NCBI GenBank assembly: GCA_002966495.1
Contig: CP016490.1
Span: 2,590,454-2,622,453 of the forward strand
Reading direction: 5' to 3'
Origin: Halomonas sp. GFAJ-1
GTDB taxonomy: Bacteria; Pseudomonadota; Gammaproteobacteria; Pseudomonadales; Halomonadaceae
Length of the DNA: 32,000 nt
This document shows positions 9,150 to 18,005 of this stretch, in pieces. Both the position numbers and the translations under genes were made by a program. The notes under the pieces are model-generated. The model ran no database searches. It saw nothing but the letters and a program-made list of their open reading frames with translations, and had not been told where the DNA came from. Position 1 is the first letter of the stretch. Each line of letters begins with the position of its first letter.

Positions 9150-9530
9150 ATGGCAAAGGTAGGAATAGTTCTCGTCACGGCCCTTTTTATCGCAGGCTGC
9201 GCTTCGCAGATCATGGAATCTTACGTTGGAAAAGACATTCGTGAAGCTGCCCTAGATTACGGCCCACCTTCAAATGCCATCGATATGGGTGATAACGAAA
9301 GAGCTTTTCAGTGGGTAATGAATTCAAGTTTCACAACCCCCGTTACTACCACCACTACAGGGAGCGTAACATCGTATGGTCCGGGCTCTTGGATTAATAC
9401 AAACACCACAGTAACAGGCGGGGAGACAGTCAATTCATCCTGCATCTACACGCTAATGGCTCGCTGGAATGAGCGCTCAGAAAGCTGGATTGTAACTGGT
9501 TTCAGAAAGCCTCGGTTTACCTGCGAATGA
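9150..9530 (+). CDS. putative lipoprotein (126 aa)
   Basis: Signal peptide with lipobox LFIAGC. Thr-rich mature part. GAGGG RBS present. Confidence 0.6.
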   Translation: MAKVGIVLVTALFIAGCASQIMESYVGKDIREAALDYGPPSNAIDMGDNERAFQWVMNSSFTTPVTTTTTGSVTSYGPGSWINTNTTVTGGETVNSSCIYTLMARWNERSESWIVTGFRKPRFTCE

Positions 9531-9899
9531 CCACTTAACAAGGCAATCAAATTCGTTCTGGCCTTTGGCTTCTACCGAGTGCCTTTATCAGAGCGCAGCT
9601 TATTGTTGCCGTATGTGCTACTAGAAACCGCAAAAGCAAAGATGAAAGAAAGCCACGCACAGTGGCTAGGCGCGCTAGGAGGCAAAGCAAGGTGTAAAGA
9701 AGAAACACAAAAAAATCTGCCAAATAACATGCAGTCTCAATGGTGTGTAGCGACTTGTGCGCATTGCACGCACGACCTAGCTTCACGATGCATGAATAAA
9801 CAATTCGCCTAGATCTCACCCTTTCGTTGAAAGCAGTGACAAATTTCAATTTCTTAATATGCCGAATGAAAGCTACGTTGAGGTGAATAGGGAGCTGTA

Positions 9900-10130
9900 A
9901 TCGACCCAAAGCGGCCCTTCCGGCGAAAGCTGCATGCTGATTCAGCCGTGTTATGCAGCCGGCACGATAATCTATGTTATGCTGCCTATTTATAATTAAT
10001 TTATTTTAATTTCAATGGGGTAGATCGTGAATGATGGGCTGTATAACCTGAATGAACTCGGCGGTGCGTTCATTCAGGTTATGTAGAGGGATGTATAATA
10101 ACTGTTGCGTGTCGGTAACGAGGTAATTTT
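9900..10130 (+). repeat. repeated leader unit B (second copy of the attI-like unit, no recombinase gene next to it)
   Basis: Core TCGACCCAAAGCGG at 9901-9914. Two direct boxes: GTTATGCAGCC (9950-9960) and GTTATGCTGCC (9976-9986). Hairpin at 10043-10057 / 10068-10082. Confidence 0.6.
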
Positions 10131-10694
10131 ATGGCCCTTTTGGCCGAAGAAATTGTTGAGGAATGGCTGAATAGGCAGGGTTACTTCACTATCCGTGGAA
10201 TCCGTCTTGGCGTCAACGAGATTGATTTGGTCGCCGTAAAGTTCAGATCAGGGGAAAGCCCAGTTTGTCGCCATGTTGAGGTACAGGCGTCAATGAGACC
10301 GGTAAGCTACATCTCCAAGGTGCCCAAAGCTGCACGAAAAACAGGCCGAGCTGCGAATAGCGCAGCACGTTCACAGGAAGAACTTGTTGAAGGTGTTGCC
10401 GAATGGGTGGAGGGAAAGTTCCATGCCACCAAGAAGCGCTCACTTATGGCAACTCTGTGGAGCGGGGAGTGGTCGTCGGAGCTGGTTATAAATAACGTCA
10501 AATCTGAGCAGGAAGTAGCGCTTATCGCAGAGCATGGAGTAATTATACACCGGCTTCCTAAGATTGTTCGGGAGCTTCAAGTCAATGATTTCCCAATCAA
10601 AAGTGCTGCTGGAACAGATTTTATAGACCTCTTGCAAATGGGGGCCAACACAAAACAAGATGCTCTACCGTACGCTCCTTCGTCACGCCGGTAA
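10131..10694 (+). CDS. hypothetical protein with PD-(D/E)xK-like (YraN/endonuclease-like) N-terminal region
   Basis: The pattern EEIVEEWLNRQGY...NEIDLVAV...RHVEVQAS resembles the E..GY..EIDL..VEVK signature, with Q in place of K. The stop lies inside the attC-like site. Confidence 0.55.
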   Translation: MALLAEEIVEEWLNRQGYFTIRGIRLGVNEIDLVAVKFRSGESPVCRHVEVQASMRPVSYISKVPKAARKTGRAANSAARSQEELVEGVAEWVEGKFHATKKRSLMATLWSGEWSSELVINNVKSEQEVALIAEHGVIIHRLPKIVRELQVNDFPIKSAAGTDFIDLLQMGANTKQDALPYAPSSRR

Positions 10695-10708
10695 GCTCTG
10701 CGTTATAA
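10650..10708 (+). repeat. attC-like recombination site (59 nt)
   Basis: Imperfect palindrome ACAAAAC-AA-GA[T]GCT[C]TACCG ... CGGTA-AGC-TC-TGC-GTTATAA. Paired AAC/GTT ends, with unpaired T and C on one arm. Confidence 0.6.
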
Positions 10709-10724
10709 GTCATTGAGGTTCTGA

Positions 10725-11393
10725 GTGAGTAATGAAATTCGGGCGATAATTCAGAAGGCTGAAGAAACGCTCCAAACTGCTAGGTTTGGCTACGAGGATC
10801 TCACGTCGAGAAATCGCTACCGGAGGTATTCGGGCATCCGAAACTTGGTCGTTTTTGGCCGTTCAGTGACTTTCGTAATTCAGAACCTTAAAACGCCTGT
10901 TGGTTCTGATCGGTTTGATGCTTGGTATCAACCGATACAGGAAAAAATGAAGTCTGATGTTCTGATGAAGTATTTCGTCACGCTGAGAAACGAAATACTC
11001 AAACAGGGAAAACTGCCGGTCAGCACATCTGCCTCAGTCAACTTCTCATCTTCTGACATGGTAAAGTTGGGAACACCTCCCCCAGGAGCCAGTGGATTTT
11101 TCATTGGAGATCAAACTGGCGGTAGTGGGTGGGAAATCGAATTGCCGGATGGGACAAAGGAAAAGTATTACGATGAACTCCCCGAAAGCATGGCTAAGGT
11201 TCAGCAGCACTTCAGCGAATTGCCGGTTCCAGATGATGACGATTTGAAGAAAAAGTCTATCGAGGAGCTTTGCGAATACTATCTTAAAGAACTTGAAGGG
11301 GTCCTAGACGAGGCTCGGAAAGTCTTCTTGGGTGAGGATACTCAAAGGGCCGGAGGGAAGAGGCTTCCTCCTTATTTGAGAGTAGTGAAATGA
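10725..11393 (+). CDS. hypothetical protein (222 aa), cassette-borne
   Basis: GTG start with GAGG 6 nt upstream. Flanked by the inverted pair GTTATAAGTCA (10702-10712) and TGACTTATAAC (11391-11401). Confidence 0.55.
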   Translation: MSNEIRAIIQKAEETLQTARFGYEDLTSRNRYRRYSGIRNLVVFGRSVTFVIQNLKTPVGSDRFDAWYQPIQEKMKSDVLMKYFVTLRNEILKQGKLPVSTSASVNFSSSDMVKLGTPPPGASGFFIGDQTGGSGWEIELPDGTKEKYYDELPESMAKVQQHFSELPVPDDDDLKKKSIEELCEYYLKELEGVLDEARKVFLGEDTQRAGGKRLPPYLRVVK

Positions 11394-11394
11394 C

Positions 11395-11478
11395 TTATAA
11401 CCAGTGCAGGCACGGCGACGCCCACTACATTGCGCCTTCGGCTCCATTCCGTGGGCGCGCATGCTGCAAGCGTTAGCC
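11395..11478 (+). repeat. attC-like recombination site (84 nt)
   Basis: TTATAAC...TGCAG...GCG[A]CGCCCAC - loop - GTGGGCGCGC...CTGCA...GTTAGCC. Arms pair with one extrahelical A. Ends with a GTTRRRY-like box. Confidence 0.7.
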
Positions 11479-11491
11479 TTTATGGAGAGTT

Positions 11492-12460
11492 ATGAGTAAG
11501 CCTTTAATTTACCTAGATCAAAATATCATCGGCTTGCAGTTGCAGGGCATTATCAACCTGAGTAAGCGAGATGATGTAACTTGGGTTTACTCAAAAGAGC
11601 ACTTTGCAGAGATTCTACGCTCTAATAAATCTGAGAAATATTTAGGTGTTCTCGATGCTATAGATGCAAAATTATTAGACCTTGTTCTTGACGATAACTG
11701 GAAAATTACTGGTGAAGCTAGGTTAATTGAGAACGGAACCCCATATGAACATTATGATAGCTACATTGAAGCAACCGGTGATGTAGATTTCGATGACTCC
11801 ATTTTCGACCCATTCCAGGTATGGGTTAACGGTGGTGGAGACGAAGGTCCATTAAAGGACCTCTCTGAAAAATTCGCACAGCAAATCTTAAGGCTCACTT
11901 CTGACTTGCCTTTTGATACTACAGAAATGACTGACCAAGTTAAGCAGATAAAGCCCGAATTTGATTCCATGATCGATGAGATGATATCAAATGGAAATGA
12001 TATCCATAAGACTAGGGCGGCTTTCGGAGATCAGAAAGGCTCCATCGGTAGTATATCAGGCGAGAAACAGATTGAGAAAATTTGGGAAATAATATCCCCA
12101 ACGATGCACGGGGCAGATATTAGTTGTGATCAATTTTTTGGCTTTGATCCCATCGATAAACAAGGTTGCGGCATTTGGCCAATTTATCTCGGAATAATTG
12201 GATGCAATTCGGTGCTTGATATATTAGGTTTTCAAGCAGAGAAAAAATGCAGAAAACTAAACAAAATTCATAACGTAAGAAGTGATGCTGGTCATATAGC
12301 GATGGGCGCATATTGCTCAGCAATCATGTCTGAGGATAAGCGTTTAGTTAAAAGAGCAAAAGCCATCTATGAATATAAGGAAATAGGAACTTCTCCTATT
12401 CTGGTCATACGAGAGGCTAACAAACCAATCCAGCCGACCGCTGACGCGTCGGCTGATTGA
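11492..12460 (+). CDS. hypothetical protein (322 aa), cassette-borne
   Basis: Clean ORF with GGAGAG upstream. The N-terminal IYLDQNII is loosely PIN-like (speculative). The stop lies inside the next attC-like site. Confidence 0.55.
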   Translation: MSKPLIYLDQNIIGLQLQGIINLSKRDDVTWVYSKEHFAEILRSNKSEKYLGVLDAIDAKLLDLVLDDNWKITGEARLIENGTPYEHYDSYIEATGDVDFDDSIFDPFQVWVNGGGDEGPLKDLSEKFAQQILRLTSDLPFDTTEMTDQVKQIKPEFDSMIDEMISNGNDIHKTRAAFGDQKGSIGSISGEKQIEKIWEIISPTMHGADISCDQFFGFDPIDKQGCGIWPIYLGIIGCNSVLDILGFQAEKKCRKLNKIHNVRSDAGHIAMGAYCSAIMSEDKRLVKRAKAIYEYKEIGTSPILVIREANKPIQPTADASAD

Positions 12461-12470
12461 AGCGTTCGTC
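12415..12470 (+). repeat. attC-like recombination site (56 nt)
   Basis: GGCTAAC-AAAC-CAATC[C]AGCCGAC - CGCTGACGC - GTCGGCT-GATTG-AAGC-GTTCGTC. Near-perfect arms with one extrahelical C. Confidence 0.7.
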
Positions 12471-12482
12471 AGCTTTGAGAGC

Positions 12483-13274
12483 GTGGTGTCAACGATGAGT
12501 GAAATTCCTGGATTTAGGGACGTGGGGCCACATGAGCCATTGTCCGTCGAGGCCACTTGGGACGAGTTCGTATCGATCTCAGGCGGGAAACGAATCTCGG
12601 ATGATCTCCCGAAATCTCCCGATTTTGATAACGCCGATTATCTGTTCGAGCAAGATGCTGTAGTACTTGAGTTGAAGGAAATCGAGACCGAGTTCCTACG
12701 TTCTAAATCTGCCAAGCGCGGGTTCGAGGATCTCTTAACGCGGCTTACTGCAGAAGATCCTTCATGGCGGCCGCTTTTGTTAGGAGGTGATGGACAATAT
12801 CCAGCGTGGTTTCATCAAGGGTTCGTTCGCCTTGCAAGGCCCGCCATTCTACGGGTACTCAAAAAGGCCAATAGGCAAATTCGGGAAACGAAAGAGAAGT
12901 TTCGGATCAACAGTCCCAACGGAGTGCTCATATTCGTCAATGATGGGTTCACTGGTTTGGCGCCAGGCCTCGTTCACGCTCTCGCCTGTGACGCATTGGT
13001 GCACTCCTATTCCTCAATTGATTGTTTCCTTTATGTCACCGTCAATCGCTATGTTGAGGTCACGCAGTCGAATGAGCCAAAGATAATTTGGAATCCGTCC
13101 TACAGTGATCGGGCGCCTAATGAACTCGTAACCTTTATCGACACCCTTGGGCGGCGCTGGTTCGATTTCTTAGAGAACAAAATCGGGCCGTACACGTCCC
13201 GCTATGAAGGCGGCGATCGGTCGATACTTCATGGCTCCAAGGCTATCGTCATCCCGGGTGAGGAAGACAGGTGA
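12483..13274 (+). CDS. hypothetical protein (263 aa), possible PD-(D/E)xK nuclease fold
   Basis: ORF with an alternative ATG at 12495. The stretch NADYLFEQDAVVLELKE fits D-x10-E-x-K; this reading is speculative. Confidence 0.5.
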   Translation: MVSTMSEIPGFRDVGPHEPLSVEATWDEFVSISGGKRISDDLPKSPDFDNADYLFEQDAVVLELKEIETEFLRSKSAKRGFEDLLTRLTAEDPSWRPLLLGGDGQYPAWFHQGFVRLARPAILRVLKKANRQIRETKEKFRINSPNGVLIFVNDGFTGLAPGLVHALACDALVHSYSSIDCFLYVTVNRYVEVTQSNEPKIIWNPSYSDRAPNELVTFIDTLGRRWFDFLENKIGPYTSRYEGGDRSILHGSKAIVIPGEEDR

Positions 13275-13294
13275 GCGGTCCTGCGCCGCCGAAC

Positions 13295-13365
13295 AACAAA
13301 CTGTACCTGACGTCTCCGCCTCCGCTGTGCTATGGCGGAGCCGCAGGTGAGCTTGAGCGTTAAAT
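13295..13365 (+). repeat. attC-like recombination site (71 nt)
   Basis: AACAAAC..ACCTG-ACGT-CTCCGCC - loop - GGCGGAG-CCGC-AGGT..GCGTTAAAT. The terminal GTTAAAT fits GTTRRRY exactly. Confidence 0.7.
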
Positions 13366-13403
13366 TCTATAAACCCACAGATCAGAAAGAGTTGGATATC
13401 CGT

Positions 13404-14429
13404 ATGAGCAAGGAGATACTGGAGGAGCAGCGAAGATTTTTCGAGTTTGTTAAGAGCTATGAACATATCAATGAAGAGGGCCGTCTTGACTTAGAAGCTT
13501 TCTGTGTAAACCTCTCAACGTGTTTCAATTGCGATGGGGTTCTCGATCAATCGCCTCAGCCCAGAGAAATCTTTGATTTGCTCATTGACATACTGGAAAC
13601 CAAAGCTACCGGGAAGGAGATGTCCTTATGGTTGCAGAGGCAAAACCTGATCGATTGGTCCCCCGAAGTTGCTCAGGTATATCCGGATGGCTATAGAACC
13701 TATATTCATGTAGCTGGCTTAATTCACGCAGCATACACGTGGATATATCACATTGGGCACTCCTTGATGGGGATCTCTGAGCCCGAATCGCCAAAAAAAT
13801 ATTTTGAATGGATCCCACGTGAATGGGTTTTCGTTCATGCGTTTATAAATGGATTTCACATCAAGTTTTCTGAGTTTCAAAAAGAAATCGATAGGAGCTC
13901 AGTCGGTGAAAGAGGGTATTCATTATTCGAGTCACTACACAAGTCGATATCTAACGACCTTTCCTTTGAAGAAGCGTCTCAGGAGATAAAGGAAAGAGAC
14001 GTAGCGCATCGCGAAACGATAAAAAGAATCGAGATAGCTATTGATTCAGGCTTTAATCTTGAGGCGATTACCTTGCAAGAGTGCTTGATTAGTAATTGCC
14101 TTTTCAATTACTTGGAAAGTCTTGGTATTAAGGCTAAAGGTTTTTCATTTCAAAAGCTCTTAAAAAAGAGTAAGGACTGCTTCAACGATAGTTCGGACCT
14201 GTTTAATGAGGTTGATTCTTGGAGAATTAAAAGGAATAACGCAATACATGGGTTCGTTGAGTCAACCTTAGGGTCATTTTCTGAATCTCAAGAAAAATTT
14301 GACCTCTTTGCCAGAGGGACCGCCTTGGAAGGTGATGCTCTCTCCAAAAGAGTTTGTGAGTGGTATCTTGAAGAGTCTGTAAACTTCATACCAGCCGAGT
14401 TTCCTAAAAGTGGAAGAAATCTCAATTAA
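13404..14429 (+). CDS. hypothetical protein with C-terminal HEPN-like R-x4-H motif (putative RNase)
   Basis: RNNAIH at 14232-14249 (WRIKRNNAIHGF). The ORF-track start at 13332 lies inside the attC-like site, so ATG 13404 (MSKEILEE) is preferred. Confidence 0.55.
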   Translation: MSKEILEEQRRFFEFVKSYEHINEEGRLDLEAFCVNLSTCFNCDGVLDQSPQPREIFDLLIDILETKATGKEMSLWLQRQNLIDWSPEVAQVYPDGYRTYIHVAGLIHAAYTWIYHIGHSLMGISEPESPKKYFEWIPREWVFVHAFINGFHIKFSEFQKEIDRSSVGERGYSLFESLHKSISNDLSFEEASQEIKERDVAHRETIKRIEIAIDSGFNLEAITLQECLISNCLFNYLESLGIKAKGFSFQKLLKKSKDCFNDSSDLFNEVDSWRIKRNNAIHGFVESTLGSFSESQEKFDLFARGTALEGDALSKRVCEWYLEESVNFIPAEFPKSGRNLN

Positions 14430-14435
14430 GGTGAT

Positions 14436-14494
14436 ATTTAACAAGTTACGGAAGGCGGACGCGTAAGATGTGCCCCTTCGTTTTGGCGTTATAT
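14436..14494 (+). repeat. attC-like recombination site (59 nt), last of the array
   Basis: ATTTAAC (exact RYYYAAC) -AAGTT-ACG-GAAGG-CGGAC ... GTGCCCCTTC-GT-TTTGGC-GTTATAT. Imperfect palindrome. Confidence 0.6.
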
Positions 14495-14767
14495 CAGGCA
14501 AAGCTGAAAGGCCGCTCCTGGCCGATAGTTGACGTTGAAAAGCTGTTTGTTGGTGCCAAAATCTAAAATTTGCTTGTTTTGAAAGAAGTAAGCACGTGTA
14601 GCGACCTATGAGCAGGTTAGAGAGAGTTTCGGCACACAGTTTGTATATTTCCTAGTAGTGTTCAAAAGCTGTAGGAACGAACAAGGAACGCTAGCGAGCT
14701 AAGCGGTAGATCAGAGAAATGTTTTCGCTGAGATGTGTAGTGAATTGTCCATGAGTAACGTCCATCA

Positions 14768-15289
14768 ATGAGAGCGCCGTTATCGCTACCCCAGCTATGG
14801 GAAAGCACCAAATACGTATCTTGGCCACAAAGCCACAGTAACCCCATTGTGCGTGTGCCGCGCCCATCGGGGAAACCCGAAACCAAGTCGATTTCCCGCT
14901 TAGCCAATGAGTACGACACCTTTGAGCGGTGCATTGCTTATCGAGACCAGCGGGGCAGAGAGGTTTGGGGCGCACGTCGTTGGAAAGAGCTGTTGTTAGT
15001 AGATGCACGCTCCGTCGCGCGTCATCGTGAAGAGCCGGCAGGCCCGATCACGGGCGTTTACCACTACGAACGCCCCACTGGAACAACACTCTGGGTTGCC
15101 GCCTGGTATGAGCTGATGCCCGACGGCTCACGCAAAAAACGCAGTGCGCAGTTCAGTTACGGTACGTCACGCACTCGCTATGCGACCTCAGAAGAGGCGA
15201 TGCAGGCGGCGATTAAACGGCGGCAAGAGGAAGAAGCACGCTGGTACTGTGTAGTGGGTCAACGTGATCAACGGCGCGTGAATCAATGA
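14768..15289 (+). CDS. AP2-like DNA-binding domain protein
   Basis: [14 protein letters not shown] followed by [29 protein letters not shown]...[12 protein letters not shown] resembles bacterial AP2/integrase-type DNA-binding proteins. The true start may be GTG 14849 or 14855. Confidence 0.55.
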   Translation: MRAPLSLPQLWESTKYVSWPQSHSNPIVRVPRPSGKPETKSISRLANEYDTFERCIAYRDQRGREVWGARRWKELLLVDARSVARHREEPAGPITGVYHYERPTGTTLWVAAWYELMPDGSRKKRSAQFSYGTSRTRYATSEEAMQAAIKRRQEEEARWYCVVGQRDQRRVNQ

Positions 15290-15317
15290 TGTAAAATCCC
15301 ATCTTCAAGGAGTTCCA

Positions 15318-16541
15318 ATGGCTTTTCGCTTCCAGCGCCGCATTTCCCTTGCGCCCGGCGTGCGATTGAATATCAGCAAGCGTGGCGTGGGGCTCTCTGT
15401 CGGCCCACGCGGTGCGAGTGTGAGCATGGGGCCACGAGGTGCGCATGCACATGCCGGACTTCCTGGGACAGGGCTGGCCTATCGAACGAAGATTTCCCGT
15501 TCTTCCCAGGCCTCACGACAAAGGCAGTTGGGAACATCCTCGACCCATGCAACGCTGGAAGAGCGCATCAGGCAAGGCGAGTCGCTGGGGCTACGGCTAT
15601 CGGTTAATCAAGACGGCAACGTCCGCTACCTATTTGAAGATGGCTCCCCCCTCAACGACAAGGACGTGCGCTGGCTACGTCGCCATGCAAACGACGATAT
15701 CCGTGCACAGCTCAAAACACTCTGCGATGAATTAAACGCGGATATTATTCGCCTAGGCCGGCTGCACCTCGATACACTTTCCCCTCAATCCCGTGGCTAC
15801 GCACCACGCCATTTTGCTGAGCGTCCACCTAAACCGCCTAAGTCTGTGTCTCTTCCATGGTGGAAAGCGCTGTGGCCATCGGTACGCCGTCAACATGAGG
15901 CCGATAACGCACGTCATCAGGCCCAGTTTAATGATGACTACCGTGCCTGGGAGCATCGCAAAGCCGATTTTGAGGCTGCTGAGTTTGCTCGGCAGCAGCG
16001 CGAAGAGCAGGGCGTGTTCAGACAACGTGATGATATGACACTCACGCTTCAGGAACGCCTGGAGGAGATCGACTGGCCCCGGGAGACGGTGATTGACTTT
16101 GATCTAGGCAGCGACGACACCACGATAGCACTGGATATTGACCTGCCATCTGACGATGAGATGCCGGATCGAGAATGGACGATGCCTGCTAAGGCACTCA
16201 AGCTTACCCCAAAATCGCTCAGTGCCACACGACAACGGACGCTATACCGCGACCATGTGGATGGCATTACCTTTCGTGTTCTGGGGGCCGTATTTGTGCG
16301 GTTGCCGCACGTTCAAGAAGCGCGAGTGTCTGGGTATCGACAGGTCGTTGATCCCGCCACCGGCGGTACGCGGGATCAGTACCTTTACAGCATCAAGGTC
16401 ACCCGAGAACAGTGGAACCGTATTCACTTCGATCAGTTGGAACAGGTCGACCCGGTGGCGGCAGTAGAAGCGTTTACGCTGCGTCGTGACATGACCAAAA
16501 CAGGCATTTTTCGAGATATTGAGCCGTTTAAGCTCATCTAA
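15318..16541 (+). CDS. DUF4236-like protein (407 aa)
   Basis: The N-terminus [41 protein letters not shown] is the DUF4236 signature. GGAG lies upstream of the ATG. Confidence 0.65.
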   Translation: MAFRFQRRISLAPGVRLNISKRGVGLSVGPRGASVSMGPRGAHAHAGLPGTGLAYRTKISRSSQASRQRQLGTSSTHATLEERIRQGESLGLRLSVNQDGNVRYLFEDGSPLNDKDVRWLRRHANDDIRAQLKTLCDELNADIIRLGRLHLDTLSPQSRGYAPRHFAERPPKPPKSVSLPWWKALWPSVRRQHEADNARHQAQFNDDYRAWEHRKADFEAAEFARQQREEQGVFRQRDDMTLTLQERLEEIDWPRETVIDFDLGSDDTTIALDIDLPSDDEMPDREWTMPAKALKLTPKSLSATRQRTLYRDHVDGITFRVLGAVFVRLPHVQEARVSGYRQVVDPATGGTRDQYLYSIKVTREQWNRIHFDQLEQVDPVAAVEAFTLRRDMTKTGIFRDIEPFKLI

Positions 16542-16762
16542 TTTCTAGCTTAGGCATAAGCCCAAGGCTTTTGTGTTGTTTGACCAGGTGTGCTCATTCG
16601 ATGGTAGTGACAACGGTTAGGCGTGAGCGGCGCTGACATTACAGCCTTTGATCATTGAGAAGGCGCGATGAGCTTTATAGGCCAATATTTTTTAGAAAAA
16701 TTTATGCTTTATGGTGGATAGCTGCTATACGTTTGATAAGGATATCTTAGCAGGTGGTTGCC

Positions 16763-18001
16763 ATGAAATTGCTTGTCCGCCCAAGACCGTTCATTAACGA
16801 GTCACTTGAGAGCTACATGCTCCGTCTATCGCAAGAAAATTTCTTCGAATACTATCAGCAGCTTAGTCGAGCGATAAAAGACTGGCTGCAACTGCATGAT
16901 CATGAAGCGGCAGGGGCGTTCCCAGAAGAGTTGAGCCGTTTGAATGTTTATCACGCGGCTCAGAGTAGTAGTCGACGCATCAGGGCGCTCAAGCTAGTGG
17001 AGTCGCTAACAGATAATGAAAAACTTCCGCTACTGCACTTGGCAGTCATGCATTCCAGCGAGAAATTTTGTTCACGCTACAGTAGCGTGTTTTATGCAGG
17101 TAGCCATGTACCCCGAGCGTTAGTTCGCCAAAAGGGGATACCTGTCTGCCCTGATTGCCTCACTGAAGCCAACTACATTCGGCAAGAATGGCACTGGATG
17201 CCCTACGAAGCTTGTATTAATCATGGCAAACAGATGTTACATGAGTGTCCAAAATGCGAAGAGAAATTAAATTACACCCATTCTGAATGTTTGCATACTT
17301 GCCGCTGCGGATTTGATCTTCGAAATGCTGACACGGAGCCAGCAGACGAATGGCAGCTTATCGCTAGCCGCCTCGTAGTAGGTGAGCCTTCGCCTTCAAA
17401 CCACCCTCTACTCGACATCCGTTCAGTCAGTTTGCGCCTAGCATGTCTGTTGTGGTACCAGCTGTATGCATATAAAACGTTAGATGCTAGTAATCAGGTT
17501 CCCACTCTTACGATTGAGCGGGCTATCGAGTATTTCACGCATTGGCCTGAAGTGTTTACACAGGAACTAGAGCAGCAAGCGGCGCTTTCAGGCGAGAAAT
17601 TAGTATGTGATTATAATAAAACCTCATTTCGTGATGTTTTTGGCAACATTGTCGGCATTTCGCGTCTGCTGTTGAAGGCTTATCCAGAAAGCGATTTCGT
17701 CTTGACGCCATTGGAGAATTTTTTAGCACGATTGGTTGATCAGAATCCGCAATCACGTGTGCCAAACGTCGCAGATCTGCTCATCAGTATGCCGGAAGCC
17801 GCGATTTTGCTTGGCACGTCGTATGAGCAAGCATACCGTCTATATGAAGAAGGGTATCTCAAATGCGCGGTCAAATTTAAATCACATGAAAAGCTAGTGA
17901 ACGGTATAGGAGTATTTTACTTAAGAGAAATCATGGAGTTGCGTCAGTCACGAATACCGGTTGAGGCAAGCAGCTATAATAATTATTTACCAGCGTGGTA
18001 A
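16763..18001 (+). CDS. tniQ: TniQ family transposition/targeting protein
   Basis: N-terminal PRPFINESLESYMLRLSQEN. Cys clusters CPDC and CPKC..C.C form a likely zinc ribbon. AGGTGG lies 5 nt upstream of ATG 16763. The stop is 4 nt before the next gene. Confidence 0.8.
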   Translation: MKLLVRPRPFINESLESYMLRLSQENFFEYYQQLSRAIKDWLQLHDHEAAGAFPEELSRLNVYHAAQSSSRRIRALKLVESLTDNEKLPLLHLAVMHSSEKFCSRYSSVFYAGSHVPRALVRQKGIPVCPDCLTEANYIRQEWHWMPYEACINHGKQMLHECPKCEEKLNYTHSECLHTCRCGFDLRNADTEPADEWQLIASRLVVGEPSPSNHPLLDIRSVSLRLACLLWYQLYAYKTLDASNQVPTLTIERAIEYFTHWPEVFTQELEQQAALSGEKLVCDYNKTSFRDVFGNIVGISRLLLKAYPESDFVLTPLENFLARLVDQNPQSRVPNVADLLISMPEAAILLGTSYEQAYRLYEEGYLKCAVKFKSHEKLVNGIGVFYLREIMELRQSRIPVEASSYNNYLPAW

Positions 18002-18005
18002 CGTC

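Noticed and set aside
9547-9909. Overlapping ORFs 9547..9909 (-) and 9579..9812 (+) between the lipoprotein gene and leader unit B
   Set aside because: They overlap each other on opposite strands, lack convincing RBS or start context, and have odd composition. I cannot support either as coding. The region may be the non-coding 3' part of a cassette.
13332-13403. ORF-track start of the 365-aa ORF at 13332
   Set aside because: The first 24 codons lie inside the attC-like palindrome 13295-13365. ATG 13404 gives a cassette-typical short leader.
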